Assembly (NCBI GenBank): GCA_002269645.1
Contig: NIVC01000362.1
Span: 248,001-312,000 of the forward strand
DNA: 64,000 nucleotides
Reading direction: 5' to 3'
From: Macrostomum lignano
Lineage: Eukaryota
In this document: piece after piece, positions 38,570-49,989 of the stretch
Layout of the letters: each line of letters opens with the position of its first letter
Position numbering within the stretch: the stretch's first letter is position 1
The notes under the pieces: model-generated
Database searches by the model: none
The model's input: only the letters and a program-made list of their open reading frames with translations
Told to the model about the DNA's origin: nothing
Program-made: the position numbers and the translations under genes

Positions 38570-38790
38570 AACTTTGACACGTTCCGATAGCCATGCAGAC
38601 CGCTATATAATGCCTTGTCCTCTATCAAGCTATCAACCAAGTCAGTCTCGGACTGTTTCAAAAGCTTGCAAAACCTGGCAATCCTCAATATGATCAACGT
38701 AATCTGGACACCAAGGCACAGCACAGTGACATCTTTGGCAACGAGCTTGTAGATAAACTTGCCAATAAATGAATGCGCGACCACTCGGTC
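38570..38790 (+). pseudogene. Decayed RNase H fragment of a non-LTR retrotransposon
   Basis: Across frameshifts it reads SDSHA...SVSDCFKSLQNL...INVIWTPRH/SDIFGNELVDKLANK, matching the LINE RNase H motifs SDSQA and WVPGHxxIxGNExADxLAK. Confidence 0.5.
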
Positions 38791-39336
38791 AAGCCGTCTG
38801 CCAAGAAAATCACCTGTCAAAACCGAGTGATTCACAATTGGCTGAGCCATCGACACCGCGTCGTCTCTGGAACAGCTGCTCCGAGTATTTCGGCAAACGC
38901 GAGCTGCGACGCCTGCTATGAATCGCAAAGTATCCGAATACCGGATCTCCTTAAAAAACTGACCTTAGAGATATACCTTACTAAGAAGTGGTTCCTCCCC
39001 TAACCTCTTTTGTGTGGAACTTCGACGAAGCGCGGAGACATCACCTCGGCTAATCTCTATAAATTTGGACGAGCTGACCACCCCAGACTGGATCACAGAT
39101 ACTAGAATAACGAGAACTAGTTATTTTAGTATCTGTGGACTGGATCCGTAACCTACGGCACATTCGTCCGGAACTCCGGCCGGATGAAGATTGCTAATGT
39201 AGTGACTGGCTGCTAACTGGCTATTAGCAGCATTCACTAGCTTTCCCTAAGAGTGCTGTGATCCGCTGCACAGTATCTCAGTCCACCTGTTCTAGAGAGA
39301 GAGTTACCCTGTGCTGGGCCTGAGTGTTTACTGCCC

Positions 39337-39697
39337 GATGACTCATCGCCTGAGCGGGCGCGGCAGCCACACTCAATGTCTTCCCCTCTCGCGCTGAGGA
39401 GGCGTAGCAGGATGACTCATCACCTGCGCGGAGTGTAATGGCTGCCTAGAGGGAGTAAACAGGATGACTCATCCGCCAAGTTCTATTTTTAGCACAGAAT
39501 AAGCACGTGACTGTGCACGCACGCTGTGCGTGGCCGCTGACCTTGAGTCACGCCACTGCTGCGTGACAGGGTTGCCTTATTTGGAAGTTGGCCTTGGATC
39601 ACGCGTCGCTCGCATGATCCTGATGACCAAATAAGGAAGTTTCACGCGCTTACCGCATGAAACTCACGTGACTTTTGGGGGTCCGCTCGGCTATAAA
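39337..39697. promoter_or_regulatory. Cluster of AP-1-type palindromes followed by a TATA-like box
   Basis: GATGACTCATC at 39337, 39411 and 39463; TGAGTCA at 39544; TATAAA at 39692. Confidence 0.5.
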
Positions 39698-39986
39698 TAC
39701 GGAGCATCTGGGAGCCGTTTTTCTCCAGACTGCGTCGTCTCGTGGAGCAACGCGGAGCCAATCGCGTCGTCCTGCCTGGGCTCGACCGGAGCTGCCTCTC
39801 TGCCTCCGAGCTCTCCTCAGGACTTCAGGACTTCTCCTCTCCTCGGAACTTCAGGAGCAGCGGGTTCTATTTCTAGGAACGTCTTCAAGAACCCGAGAAG
39901 GAGTAGTACTTCACTAACGCCACTCTCGAGAGCTCTTCAGCTGGCAAAGGGTTTTCGATCAGCCACCAAAGCCCCAAGCCTAAAGA

Positions 39987-40200
39987 GGGCCGTAACCCAG
40001 TGGTCTAGCGTGACACTTTTATGTGCCAGCGACCCAGGCTCGATTCCAAGTGCAGTCACATTAATTTGGAGCTAAAATGGAATCTCGGCTTGGGTCTGTT
40101 TGGGCAATTAACGCCATTGAGGGCCAACCCCCAAGGCGCAGTACATGTACATGCCTACCGATAAATAGAGTTAGGGCCGCTGTACACGCCTGTGTGAATG
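39987..40200 (+). mobile_element. SINE family 2, copy 2 (interrupted; resumes at about 40512-40556)
   Basis: Colinear with the other two copies. Confidence 0.75.
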
Positions 40201-42491
40201 TTGTTGCGTCGAGACAAGAGAGCCCTTAAAAAGGGCCGTTTTACTACATAACTAATCGGGATTTTTTCTTACTACTCTACTGTAAGTAGGCGTCAACGTA
40301 AATTTTACGCAAACAAATAATACTCTTTTGTGATGCCAAATTTATCGATCGTGCAATAATTCATGTTTGGATGCAAAATATAAGCGCGGGGCCAGTTGTC
40401 GCCCTAGTGGAGCGTACTTTTTGGCCGAATTCTTACTTGCCTAATTACTCGCGGCTTTTCAGTAAAATCAATAAATTGTGGTATCGATTGTGGGATCGAG
40501 AAACCACAAGTATGCCTGTGCGCATGACGGCGTACGTATCCGCGCACTTGTGTCCTCACGCTTCAAAAAGAAGCATATAGCTACTTAAAGAAGCACATCT
40601 CAAATATTACAACTAATCTCTGACAATTCCGGAAGATAAAAAATATTCATTTGATATTCAGAGAGCTGAGCTGTCATTTTGACAGAAACTGCATTAAATT
40701 CTAGAATCGATGTGGTAAAATGTACGAATTAAATACATGTAATAAAAGCAGAATTGTCCAATCTCAACCTCTATATTTGATGCAAATTGGCGCAGCTAGT
40801 CCGCTTTAAGTTTTCCCAAAACGGCATTCGCTTCCGTCGATCCTGGTTACTACGCCCTCGAGCATGAGACACCGCGAGAAAGAGCTTGCAAGCAAACTCG
40901 TAGGTAGCGTGGGTCCAAAGATATCATGTACGAGCACTAGCAACATGCACACTATTCGCTTCCCTTTGTCTTTGCCCCGTCTATAGCTGGTTCCCTCTAA
41001 TTAAGCTTTCGTGTATGTAGCAATTGTCATCATGTGACCTTAATTCGTTAATCTATCTGCCACTTTGCTCATTCCATTATTAATAAATTGTTGGTAATAT
41101 TAAATTGATCTGACGATTTTGCCAAAATACACGGCCTGATAGGTATACAATCGTATTATGAGTTGCCGATGTGGCTCAAAGTTGGACGAGGCCTCTCTCT
41201 CGCTAATTACTATCGAATTATTTACACTCAGCAACAGGTTAAAGTTTCCACCCAAGTGATCTCAGGGTAATGCGATTTGCGTCACAAGGCCCTGTGTGCT
41301 TAGGCTGTACTGGTGAGGAAAGCTATTGATAGAATGGAGAGTTATGGCCTACTTGAGTTGGAATAAAGCTACCACGCGCAGTTCCAGTCCCAATAATGAA
41401 CATCTGCTTTCGGAATGGCAACTTTAACACGTTGCTGAGTGTATCCGCATATTGTTAATCCGAATGGCTTAACTTTGAGCGTCGAAATGATAATTAGATC
41501 CTAAATTTACGAGTACGAGCGTAATCTTTGCTACGTAAGATCGCATGCAGTATTAGCAGTATCCGAAAGAGTCCATGCAGTAGTTGCCTGGTGACTGATT
41601 GAAAGCAAAAAACGAAGAACAAAATTTTTGGCTCATTGTGAAGAAGCTGGTTTAATTTCACGTGGAATGGGCGTGTAACCTCGCGGCTAAGCTACTGGTT
41701 TTCTTATTTGCTAAGGATTATGAGGGGATTATTATCTGCTGTACTGATTTTGGAAGTTTGGTAGTTCGCTGCCACCAGGTTCCTGCTGTTCCCTAATTCT
41801 AGTTTTAGTTTTAAAGAACTGAGTCAGGACACCAATTTAGATTTAGTTAACACAAAAGTTTAATAATAAAGAACGGTAAATGGTTATTTGATTGTACAAA
41901 AGTTGGTCTTTACATTAGTTCCTATCTTAAGTTTTCCCCGTTGTGCGTTGGGCAAGACTCCTCTGTGCAATCCTATCCTATAGTTCCCCTTTTTATTTCC
42001 TTTTCTTACCGAATTCCTTGTTGTTCGCAAGACGCGTAAGCCAGATGCTTTTCCGAGAGCCCAACTGCTCTGTAGTTCTAGAGAAACCCCAAACCTAGCG
42101 ATTTACCCCCGTTCTAATTATTTACCCGGGTTGAAACTACTGATAGTAGGCAAAAAGCATATTTGAACCCACAATAATTCCCGTTCCTAAAATAATGCCC
42201 TATTACACACGTGTAAAATAAGAATCAAACAACTACGAGTAAAAGATAAAAAAAGATTTATACTTTGACTATAGTGTAAGAATAGGTTAAAAGAAATCTT
42301 TTAAAGCGTTATAGCGCGCGGAGACGATTCTGGGTAAAATTATATTGTTACGAGCTCGTTATTAAAATGAAACCAACTGTGAATATGATAAACGATAGCA
42401 TAAAATGTATACGAGCGTATGTACATTTTAATAAATAGCATCTTGACAAAGGAAAAGCTCTGAAATAATGCTACCCTTTTAATTTCGAATT

Positions 42492-42977
42492 CGTCAAAAG
42501 TGAGTTCGAATTAGACTTCGAAGTGAGTGAAATTCGATTATCAGAGTATATATTGCCGTGCCATCAACGTGTAGAGCTAATATAAATGAAAAAGGACAAG
42601 GAGGATTGCAAAAGGAGCAGAAAAGAGGGCCGTCAGGAAGACATGAGTAAGACATGAGGAAGACATGAGCACAGTTCACTTGTGACAGCTCAGTTGTTTG
42701 TCATAGCTATATAGGGAGACTATTTTTCGCACTCCAGATGTCAAATTCTAAGCGTCTGCCGTATTTGATGATGAATTTCACTCACTGAGCATGGCGATAC
42801 GCGTACACCTGTATCTCAACGGACGAATTTCACTTACTTCGTTAAAACAGAAGTATAGCTAACTTTTTCTTACTCTAGCCTATAGACACTAGACGTGACA
42901 CTCCAGCTTTTTGAACCCTGGGTAGCACTCGAGAATCAAATTGAGAATGCCTATCGATTTTGAACTCACTTTTGACG
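42492..42977. mobile_element. Probable MITE with interrupted inverted termini
   Basis: The left end CGTCAAAAGTGAGTTC...GAAGTGAGTGAAATTCG is matched in reverse complement in two pieces, at 42824-42841 and 42962-42977. No TSD identified. Confidence 0.5.
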
Positions 42978-43141
42978 GTCAATCGAGTTGAAAAGGTATT
43001 CAAATAATTCTTACGCGCTTCATTACTTAAATTCATTGTTTACTTATATTAAAAGCAAAAAATGGGCTTTTCACCTGTCAGTTTTGTCTTGGCATTTTGC
43101 AGAGACTAAATGTACTCGAACATTTGTTGGTGGACAGGGCT

Positions 43142-46100
43142 TCAGGGCTTCCTCCTGGTTTCCACGATGGTTGGTATCCGTGGAGCCAGATGGCCGATCC
43201 CCGCCGACGCAATGGCGATGCCAGTCAGAGGCAGCAAGGCTGTCGTCCCAATGCCAATGCCAGCCAATAGACCCACCACTGTGGAGGCCAGTGAGCTCAG
43301 GAGACATTTCCATCGCTGGCGGTACTCATCTTCAGGCATTCCCGTCGTAGCTTTGCGGAATACCAGAATAGCAGCTTCCACGGCACTGAAGCCGATGATA
43401 AACAAGAGACCCAAACCTTCACTCCAGAATGTTTTGCCATCAGGAACAGCTGGTGTGATATCTGCAAAGAACTGAATAACTCGGTTGACTAACTTTGCGA
43501 ACTTTCCGACGCCCTTGAAGAACGACACAGCGAAAGAGGGACAAGCGGATGTCGCCCTCAGCGCCCAGTCGCTGAGCTGAAGACTCGTGAATCGGCCGTA
43601 GATCAGAAAGTTCACAAAGTGCTCGCAGTTATTAAAAAACAGTTTGTAGTTCCTTGCACCTTGACAGTCCTTGAACTTGGCATCAATCTTCTCCCAGTCG
43701 AGCTCGGTGTTGTGCACCACCTTCTTCAGCTGACCCGGTCCAGTCACTCGAAGAAATCCATTGAACTCGTTGAATCCCATCTCCACATTCTCAGCTGGAG
43801 CTTCATAAGTCACGCCTACACCTGTGCACGACTCTGCATCCCATTCGACAAGAATGAAGTGCACCTTGGTCACTTTGCCTTGCACCTTACGGTCCAGCAC
43901 AATGTGATCGAACTGCCTCAAACTGGAAACCCTCAGCACGCATTCTTGAGAAATCTTGCCTTGCTCCAAACTCACAAAGCCCAACTCATCAAGCCTAGCA
44001 GCATCTTTTTGAATTTTTTCAAGTTTAGCATCAAAAAGTTCTGCAATATCGCCAAGACTTTTGCCTTGTCTCTTGCACTTCAGCCAGTGGCAGAGGTCGT
44101 GGCTGGTGACTTTGCTGCCACGCTTCGCTTCCTTCCCTGTCCAACCGCGCATGCCATCCTTCGCGCTCAAGAAAGTGCAGTCCGTGAGCTGATCGATGAC
44201 TTTGCTGTCGGGCATGATTGACTTAGAGAGACTTAAATCATCGTAGTTTACTCTCAGAACTGTCTCCTGCTGACTGATGACCAAGACTTCCTTCCTGACG
44301 GTCCTGAACTGGTGATTGTTCTCGTACAAGCGGACCTTTATTATGTCGTCGGAATCTTCAAACTTACTGCACTCTCGCATGATCGCATCGTGTGTGTACA
44401 AGCTCGGACTCTTCAGAAACTTGATGTGACCTCTACCAAAGTTCACCAAGTCCTTTGCACACTCGATGTCGATGCGGCATTGCTCTCGGTTGCTTCCGTG
44501 CTCAATGCTGCACCACCTGGCGAAGTCGCGATCACTGTTCCACAGAAAGTCGTGCTCTCGCTCACCAAGTCTTGACAACGCTCTTTTGACGACCTTGTCG
44601 GGCGGGAACTTTCTACTTGCTTCGACATTGTAATCGATGAGGTGTACATCCTGATTGCTTTGCTCATCAATATCAATTTCCATACAATGAGTTTTTAATT
44701 GAAATTGCTCGGTTGAAACAGAAGGACACAGCTTGAATGACATCAATTTGCAGACAAGTTTTTTACCGGTATCAGTTTCTGCATCTGCCTTTTCTTGGAA
44801 AATTTTAGCCTGCTCTGCACCGCTTCCCCTCGCTTTCGATTCGATTGGCATCGGAGAGTCTGCCACATCTTCATCACCTGCGTTTGATCTTCGACTGGGG
44901 TTCTCTGCAAGTGAAGCAGCTTTAGCCTCTTTGGAGCTGTCACTCTCAGAAAAAGTTTCTATAACTACTGCATGCTTGTAGAAACCATACTCATTCCGAA
45001 GGCTTATCACACGGCCTTTTTTTATTTGCTTAATTTCTGGTGGCTGGCTTGATACTTGTGGCTTAAAACTTGTGGCTGTGTAGCTGGGCTTCTCACGACC
45101 TCCGCCGTACAGCTCACAATCTTGGTGAACTTCGTTGTGAACGCACAGCGAAATGCGCTTTTCTTGTTTTAGAATAGGGCATTTTAGCTCCATCATTTCG
45201 CCACTGTCTATGGAATCTGGCCCTGGACAGTACTGCACTGTACGGACTCGAGTGCCCGACTCAACTGCTCTCACATCAGTGACCACTCGGTACACGTCGT
45301 TTAAGTGAATGATGTCACCTGGCTTTGAGAGGCTAGGATTTTGTTTCCCAGTCAACACTCTGGGTTCACACTTTTTCTCTGGACCTTGCAGAGCAGCTCG
45401 TTGCCACTCATCGCCTTGGTGCTCAGCACTCAGCAGTAGTGAGCAAATCGATAAACTCGACTGCTCGGACACGGGATAAAGAACCCGGTCCAAAAATTGA
45501 GTTCGATCACTGAGCTCGACGATCTCTTTCTTGTCCGTCATAGAAATCACTCGACTGACGGGCTCTGTGAGCACGTGCTCACTCTCGTGAACATATGGAA
45601 TCCAGGCTGCTTTTCGGGTTACAATTGTAGCCAGATACGAATCATCAAGGACCTGTTCCACATCTGTGATCTCTGCATGAACTTTACCGAATGAATATTT
45701 GATTTCGATGTGATCACCTAAGTTGACAGTGTGGGTGGGATGCTCATTCGATAGGTAGATTGGAACCCGACAGCTCGGACGGTGAGTTGGTGATTCGACC
45801 TTGCACCACAAGGCAAACATTGTCGCATTGTTGGAGATTCCGCTGTGCTCTTCTTCATTGAGTCTGCTTCGAGCTCTCTGCAGCACTGTCTGAGACGGGT
45901 AGCAGCTGGCGGGAGGAAACACATGAAGCCAACACTTTTCTGTGTTGAGTCTCAGGCTGAATTTCTCTCTGATGATCCTGTTCGGTGTGAGCAAGTTCGG
46001 CCGACCGTAGTGAATGGCGTCGATTATGATAAAGTCGGCTGGGGTATCCGGCAGAGTGCTGACGCCCTCAACCGCTGGGGTATCCGGCAGAGTCCTGACG

Positions 46101-46540
46101 CCGTCAACCGCTGGGGTATCCGGCAGAGTCCTGACGCCCTCAACCGCTGGGGTATCCGGCAGAGTCCTGACGCCCTCAACCGCTGGGGTATCCGGCAGAG
46201 TCCTGACGCCCTCAACCGCTGGGGTATCCGGCAGAGTCCTGACGCCCTCAACCGCTAGGGTATCCGGCAGAGTCCAGATGCCCTCAACCACAATGAAGTG
46301 CACCAGCTTGTAATAGCGGAGCTCGACCACGTCTCCTGGCTTCAGCTTGTGCTTGTTCTCCTGAGTGAGTCGGACCTTTCCTTCATCTTTGTGCTGGTTG
46401 AACAGTTCCTGATCGCCTTCAGTTATCACGTGATATTCCTTGAGTATCGTGTTCAACTCCTCTACAGCCTCGTTGTCTCCACTCTGCTGGAGTTGTTGAG
46501 GCTCTGATTGACGGGTCTGCCTTTGCAGGCCGCTTGCCAT
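43142..46540 (-). CDS. Multi-LRAT/PLAAT-like (permuted NlpC/P60) domain protein, 1132 aa, with C-terminal hydrophobic Gly-rich helices
   Basis: Uninterrupted 3.4 kb ORF; repeated (K)PGD-x-I/V...H starts and 'RARSRLxExEH' / 'KRALSRLGEREH' ends; last domain has YKLFFNNCEHF. Probable 5' UTR intron at about 46558-46717 (gtaagg...ccttgcag). Confidence 0.85.
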   Translation of the reverse strand: MASGLQRQTRQSEPQQLQQSGDNEAVEELNTILKEYHVITEGDQELFNQHKDEGKVRLTQENKHKLKPGDVVELRYYKLVHFIVVEGIWTLPDTLAVEGVRTLPDTPAVEGVRTLPDTPAVEGVRTLPDTPAVEGVRTLPDTPAVDGVRTLPDTPAVEGVSTLPDTPADFIIIDAIHYGRPNLLTPNRIIREKFSLRLNTEKCWLHVFPPASCYPSQTVLQRARSRLNEEEHSGISNNATMFALWCKVESPTHRPSCRVPIYLSNEHPTHTVNLGDHIEIKYSFGKVHAEITDVEQVLDDSYLATIVTRKAAWIPYVHESEHVLTEPVSRVISMTDKKEIVELSDRTQFLDRVLYPVSEQSSLSICSLLLSAEHQGDEWQRAALQGPEKKCEPRVLTGKQNPSLSKPGDIIHLNDVYRVVTDVRAVESGTRVRTVQYCPGPDSIDSGEMMELKCPILKQEKRISLCVHNEVHQDCELYGGGREKPSYTATSFKPQVSSQPPEIKQIKKGRVISLRNEYGFYKHAVVIETFSESDSSKEAKAASLAENPSRRSNAGDEDVADSPMPIESKARGSGAEQAKIFQEKADAETDTGKKLVCKLMSFKLCPSVSTEQFQLKTHCMEIDIDEQSNQDVHLIDYNVEASRKFPPDKVVKRALSRLGEREHDFLWNSDRDFARWCSIEHGSNREQCRIDIECAKDLVNFGRGHIKFLKSPSLYTHDAIMRECSKFEDSDDIIKVRLYENNHQFRTVRKEVLVISQQETVLRVNYDDLSLSKSIMPDSKVIDQLTDCTFLSAKDGMRGWTGKEAKRGSKVTSHDLCHWLKCKRQGKSLGDIAELFDAKLEKIQKDAARLDELGFVSLEQGKISQECVLRVSSLRQFDHIVLDRKVQGKVTKVHFILVEWDAESCTGVGVTYEAPAENVEMGFNEFNGFLRVTGPGQLKKVVHNTELDWEKIDAKFKDCQGARNYKLFFNNCEHFVNFLIYGRFTSLQLSDWALRATSACPSFAVSFFKGVGKFAKLVNRVIQFFADITPAVPDGKTFWSEGLGLLFIIGFSAVEAAILVFRKATTGMPEDEYRQRWKCLLSSLASTVVGLLAGIGIGTTALLPLTGIAIASAGIGHLAPRIPTIVETRRKP
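46037..46273 (-). repeat. Coding 36 bp minisatellite (TLPDTPAVEGVR, about 6.5 copies) inside the first LRAT domain
   Basis: Directly visible in both DNA and translation. Confidence 0.95.
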
Positions 46541-47249
46541 CTTTCTGATTCCTAATTCTGCAAGGTTAAGGCAATGAATTTCTTTTAAGCGCGATAATAT
46601 CTTCTAATTAAAAGACGATGTCTTCAAAAGCCGTGGTGGAAGTTCTTACAAATCTTTTAGTTAAAGTTCGATAAAGCAGACGAGTAAGTTCATGTTTTTA
46701 ATTGATAAGAACCTTACCTGCTGGATGGGGGCGTGTTTCTCTGCGAGATCAATTTAGCTAGAATTCGAAAAAAGCTTCGCTTTACACCTGAGTTTGGTAT
46801 CTAATTTGTCGTTTTTGCCATATAATTTAAACAGTTATGTGCCTTTAAATAAGGTACTAAGTTAGACTACGTACTACGTACTACGTACAATTTCTCCATT
46901 TGTGAACGCGGTGTCGAAGTTAGAGAGTGTCGATAACCACTATGAAATTAGCTAGTTAAGAAAATTTCAGGCAAGGAGTTGCGTCGTTGAAGCAGATTTG
47001 CACAATAGCTGCACAACAAGCTGTGTAATATGTTTGTGTCTCCTGCCCCTTGCCCTGCTCCAGACTGTTGTCATAGAGACAAGCGTTAGCAGTTTTACCT
47101 CTGAGTGTACAATCGGATAAAAGGAGCGAGTGAAGAGAGTCGAGGGTAAGAAAGACTATTTTGGCTGTCTGTTTTTTCTGCAGCTCTTGCAGGCTACACA
47201 CAGATTAGTGCATTTTGCCAGCAGTTGAAACACAACAGACTATACGGGA

Positions 47250-47426
47250 ATGTCGCAGCATTCCTCGAAGGTGGCTGTCAAAAGTGCAGCAGACGTTGGT
47301 GTTGGCGGCGAATTCACCGAACTGGAACGAGAAAAGACTGTCATGCTTGAGGAGCTTGTCACCCTGCGTTGCGACGATATCGCCAAAGTGGTGAGCGTCG
47401 ATCGCCTGAGTGCAAATGAAAGTTAA
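47250..47426 (+). CDS. Possible first coding exon/small ORF of an unidentified gene (MSQHSSKVAVKSAADVGVGGEFTELEREKTVMLEELVTLRCDDIAKV...)
   Basis: A strong acceptor (tgttttttctgcag) at 47182 precedes it; the translation is protein-like; possible donor GTG|gtgagc. No family recognised. Confidence 0.35.
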   Translation: MSQHSSKVAVKSAADVGVGGEFTELEREKTVMLEELVTLRCDDIAKVVSVDRLSANES

Positions 47427-48069
47427 GTGGAACTCAGCAAATATAGGGGCGGTCAGAGCTACGGCAAAGAGGCGCCTCGGTCCATCAGTTATTAATCCAC
47501 TATGCGAAGAATGACTTGTCTTTTTCCCTATACCAAAACTGGCCTGAGAAGCCATTATCCAGGCGGACAGAGTGTATCTCAGCAATAACACATATGACTC
47601 GCGTCAAAGGACCTGGCTTCGATTCCGTCTGTGGCCACATTAATTTGGGGCCCGTGTACAAAGGCAAAAATTAATTCCTCTGTATTTTGTGTTTAAGCAC
47701 CCTAAATGCCCTGAAGAAGGCCTGCACGAGTGTCCCACCAGTTAACTGACGATTTCCACTGGTGATGCTGAGCTGCCACGAATTTTTAGGAAGTAGACCG
47801 TCCCTAGCGCTTGGAACTGCCTACTCGCCATACCGGTACGACCCTCACCCCTGTAGGAAGCTGGTAAATAGACTGTATAAAGGCCTTGTCCCAGAAAGGC
47901 CCATCTGGATTACATTAGCCCCAGAATTTGGTGCCATGCTAGTGATGCTAGTGGATGCTGTAATTGCATTCAACGCTTGGTAATGTGCTCTCACTCTTGG
48001 AAGTCTGCACTCACTCTCACTACTGGGCCTGTTCAACTCTGAGTGAAGGGTGGTTTTTGCATCTGCTGT

Positions 48070-48398
48070 GGGAGCCGTAGAGTCTAACGCAGCGCTCTGA
48101 TGTGCCAGCAGCCCAGACTCGATTCCAAGTTCAGTGACTAATTAATTCAAAGCTAAATTGGAATATCGACTTGGCTCTGCTCGTGCAATTAACGCCCTTT
48201 GAGGGCCAAGCCCCAAGGCACAGTTACATATTCTTGCCTAAGTGTACATGCCTAACGATAAATAAAGTTAGGACCACTGTACACCCCTGTGTGAGTGTGT
48301 GCCTGCGCGTATGACTGCGTACGTATCCGCGCGCTTGTGTGCCTGCTCAGGGGAGTCGGCGGAATGGGCAGCAATGCCTCTTGCCGGTTGTGTGACAA
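48070..48398 (+). mobile_element. SINE family 2, copy 3
   Basis: Reverse complement of 25890-26203 along its length. Confidence 0.8.
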
Positions 48399-48898
48399 TG
48401 TCGCTTAAAGTGCGCGCCAGCTAGGGTGCACATGGCCCCTGTCTCTAATAAAAAAGGGAATCTCCCCCTCTGCACTTAAAGGGCGCTTATTCAAACTCAC
48501 AACCATTTGGCGGCCGGAGAGCCGCAGCTCAGTAATGCTTGCATCCTTCCTAGCTGCTGGTCGACTGTTAAAAACTAACACATCACCCATATATTGGACA
48601 TGGTACTCCTAAAGATTTTAAGGAGTTTTTCCGCTTCACAAGTTCTTTGCATACTAATCATATGTCATTGCTTATATAATATACATGTACGTTAACGACA
48701 TTTTACTTGACTGTAGCAATAACTTTTTCAGAAGTATCACCCACTGTTGCCTATAATTTCATTTCAGCTTGAAGTCGACGAGTCACTTATAGCAGACTTG
48801 CGGCAGCGTCACAGTTCGAGTACGTGCTCAATAAAGTTAGTTGCTCACAATGTAGCTCAATAGTCAAATTTATTGTCCCTTTTTGTCTTCAATTCCAG

Positions 48899-49449
48899 CC
48901 TGTTGCAGTATCTACGACGCTTGGAGTCAAGGCAACCAGGCGTTGCGACAAATGTACGGCGCTTCGCAGCGGGCGCCTCGACTGCGACTCTTTCCAATGG
49001 ACGAGGAAACATTCAAGCAGCAGCAGCAGCAGCAGGAAAAGCTGCTTCACCAGCACAGAAGGCAACGCCTCCCACCAATTCGACCAAGCGCAGCCCAAAT
49101 CCATCGAGTCATCCAGCCACCGCTGCCTCCGTCGCCAGAGACCCCCTCTTCTGTCGCTGTTGACCCGAAAGAAATTATAGTTGATGAAGCTGCGGAGAAG
49201 ATGCTGACAACCCTGGCTGATCAAGTAGTGTCGGAGAGTCTGTCCGCGGCCGCCGATGCCGCTCAATTGCATCTGACAGCTGTTCGCTTAGTCGGCCTGA
49301 CGGTGGAAAGTGCCCAGAGACGTCTGCATCGAATGAACTCAGCTTCGTCGAGCACTTCGGCGTCGTCTAGAGCTGCAGTTGACAGTCGGAGCGGCAGCGG
49401 CCGAAAATACGCGTCACTGGGCAGTGTTGATGAACTGGAAGATGAGTGA
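48899..49449 (+). CDS. Probable terminal exon of an unidentified gene (polyQ, Pro-rich, helical segment)
   Basis: Acceptor ttgtcttcaattccag at 48898; open frame to TGA at 49449; protein-like composition. No family recognised. Confidence 0.5.
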
Positions 49450-49696
49450 TTTGATGAGTCCAGTGCCATAACGAAAGCATCGAAATGAAAATTCCGCAAA
49501 TATGACTTCCCGACCTGCATCCTTATAATCATAGATTTTGTATATGTACATTTCTAAGAAGACTTTGTCGCCATTTAAACAGCTTGTTCTTTTCTCTCTT
49601 TTGCTTTATTCGCTTTTATTAGCAAATATAATGAAAAATTAACGAAAAAGAGCAAACATTTGTAAAGTATAGTTAAAAACGTCTGCTTGTTTGTCA

Positions 49697-49743
<47 letters not shown>

Positions 49744-49874
49744 ATGCCATCATCTCTCCACTTCAATTCTTCAGATGGCCTGTCCAGTCACCTTTTGTGG
49801 CCTCAGCCCTCCTGTCCCTCAACATCACCTTTGTTAAATTATAGGGGAGGGTGCCACCACAATGGCCAACAGAG

Positions 49875-49946
<72 letters not shown>

Positions 49947-49989
49947 AATTAGATAACTCCAACGCAGGGGTGGCAGGGGTCAATTTAAA

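Noticed and set aside
38464-38928. 154-aa minus-strand ORF
   Set aside because: It is antisense to the RNase H relic, which explains the region better.
46956-47591. Two minus-strand ORFs (81 and 128 aa) with a faint resemblance to a cysteine protease motif
   Set aside because: No convincing catalytic motif; the 128-aa ORF is antisense to a plus-strand exon candidate that has a good acceptor.
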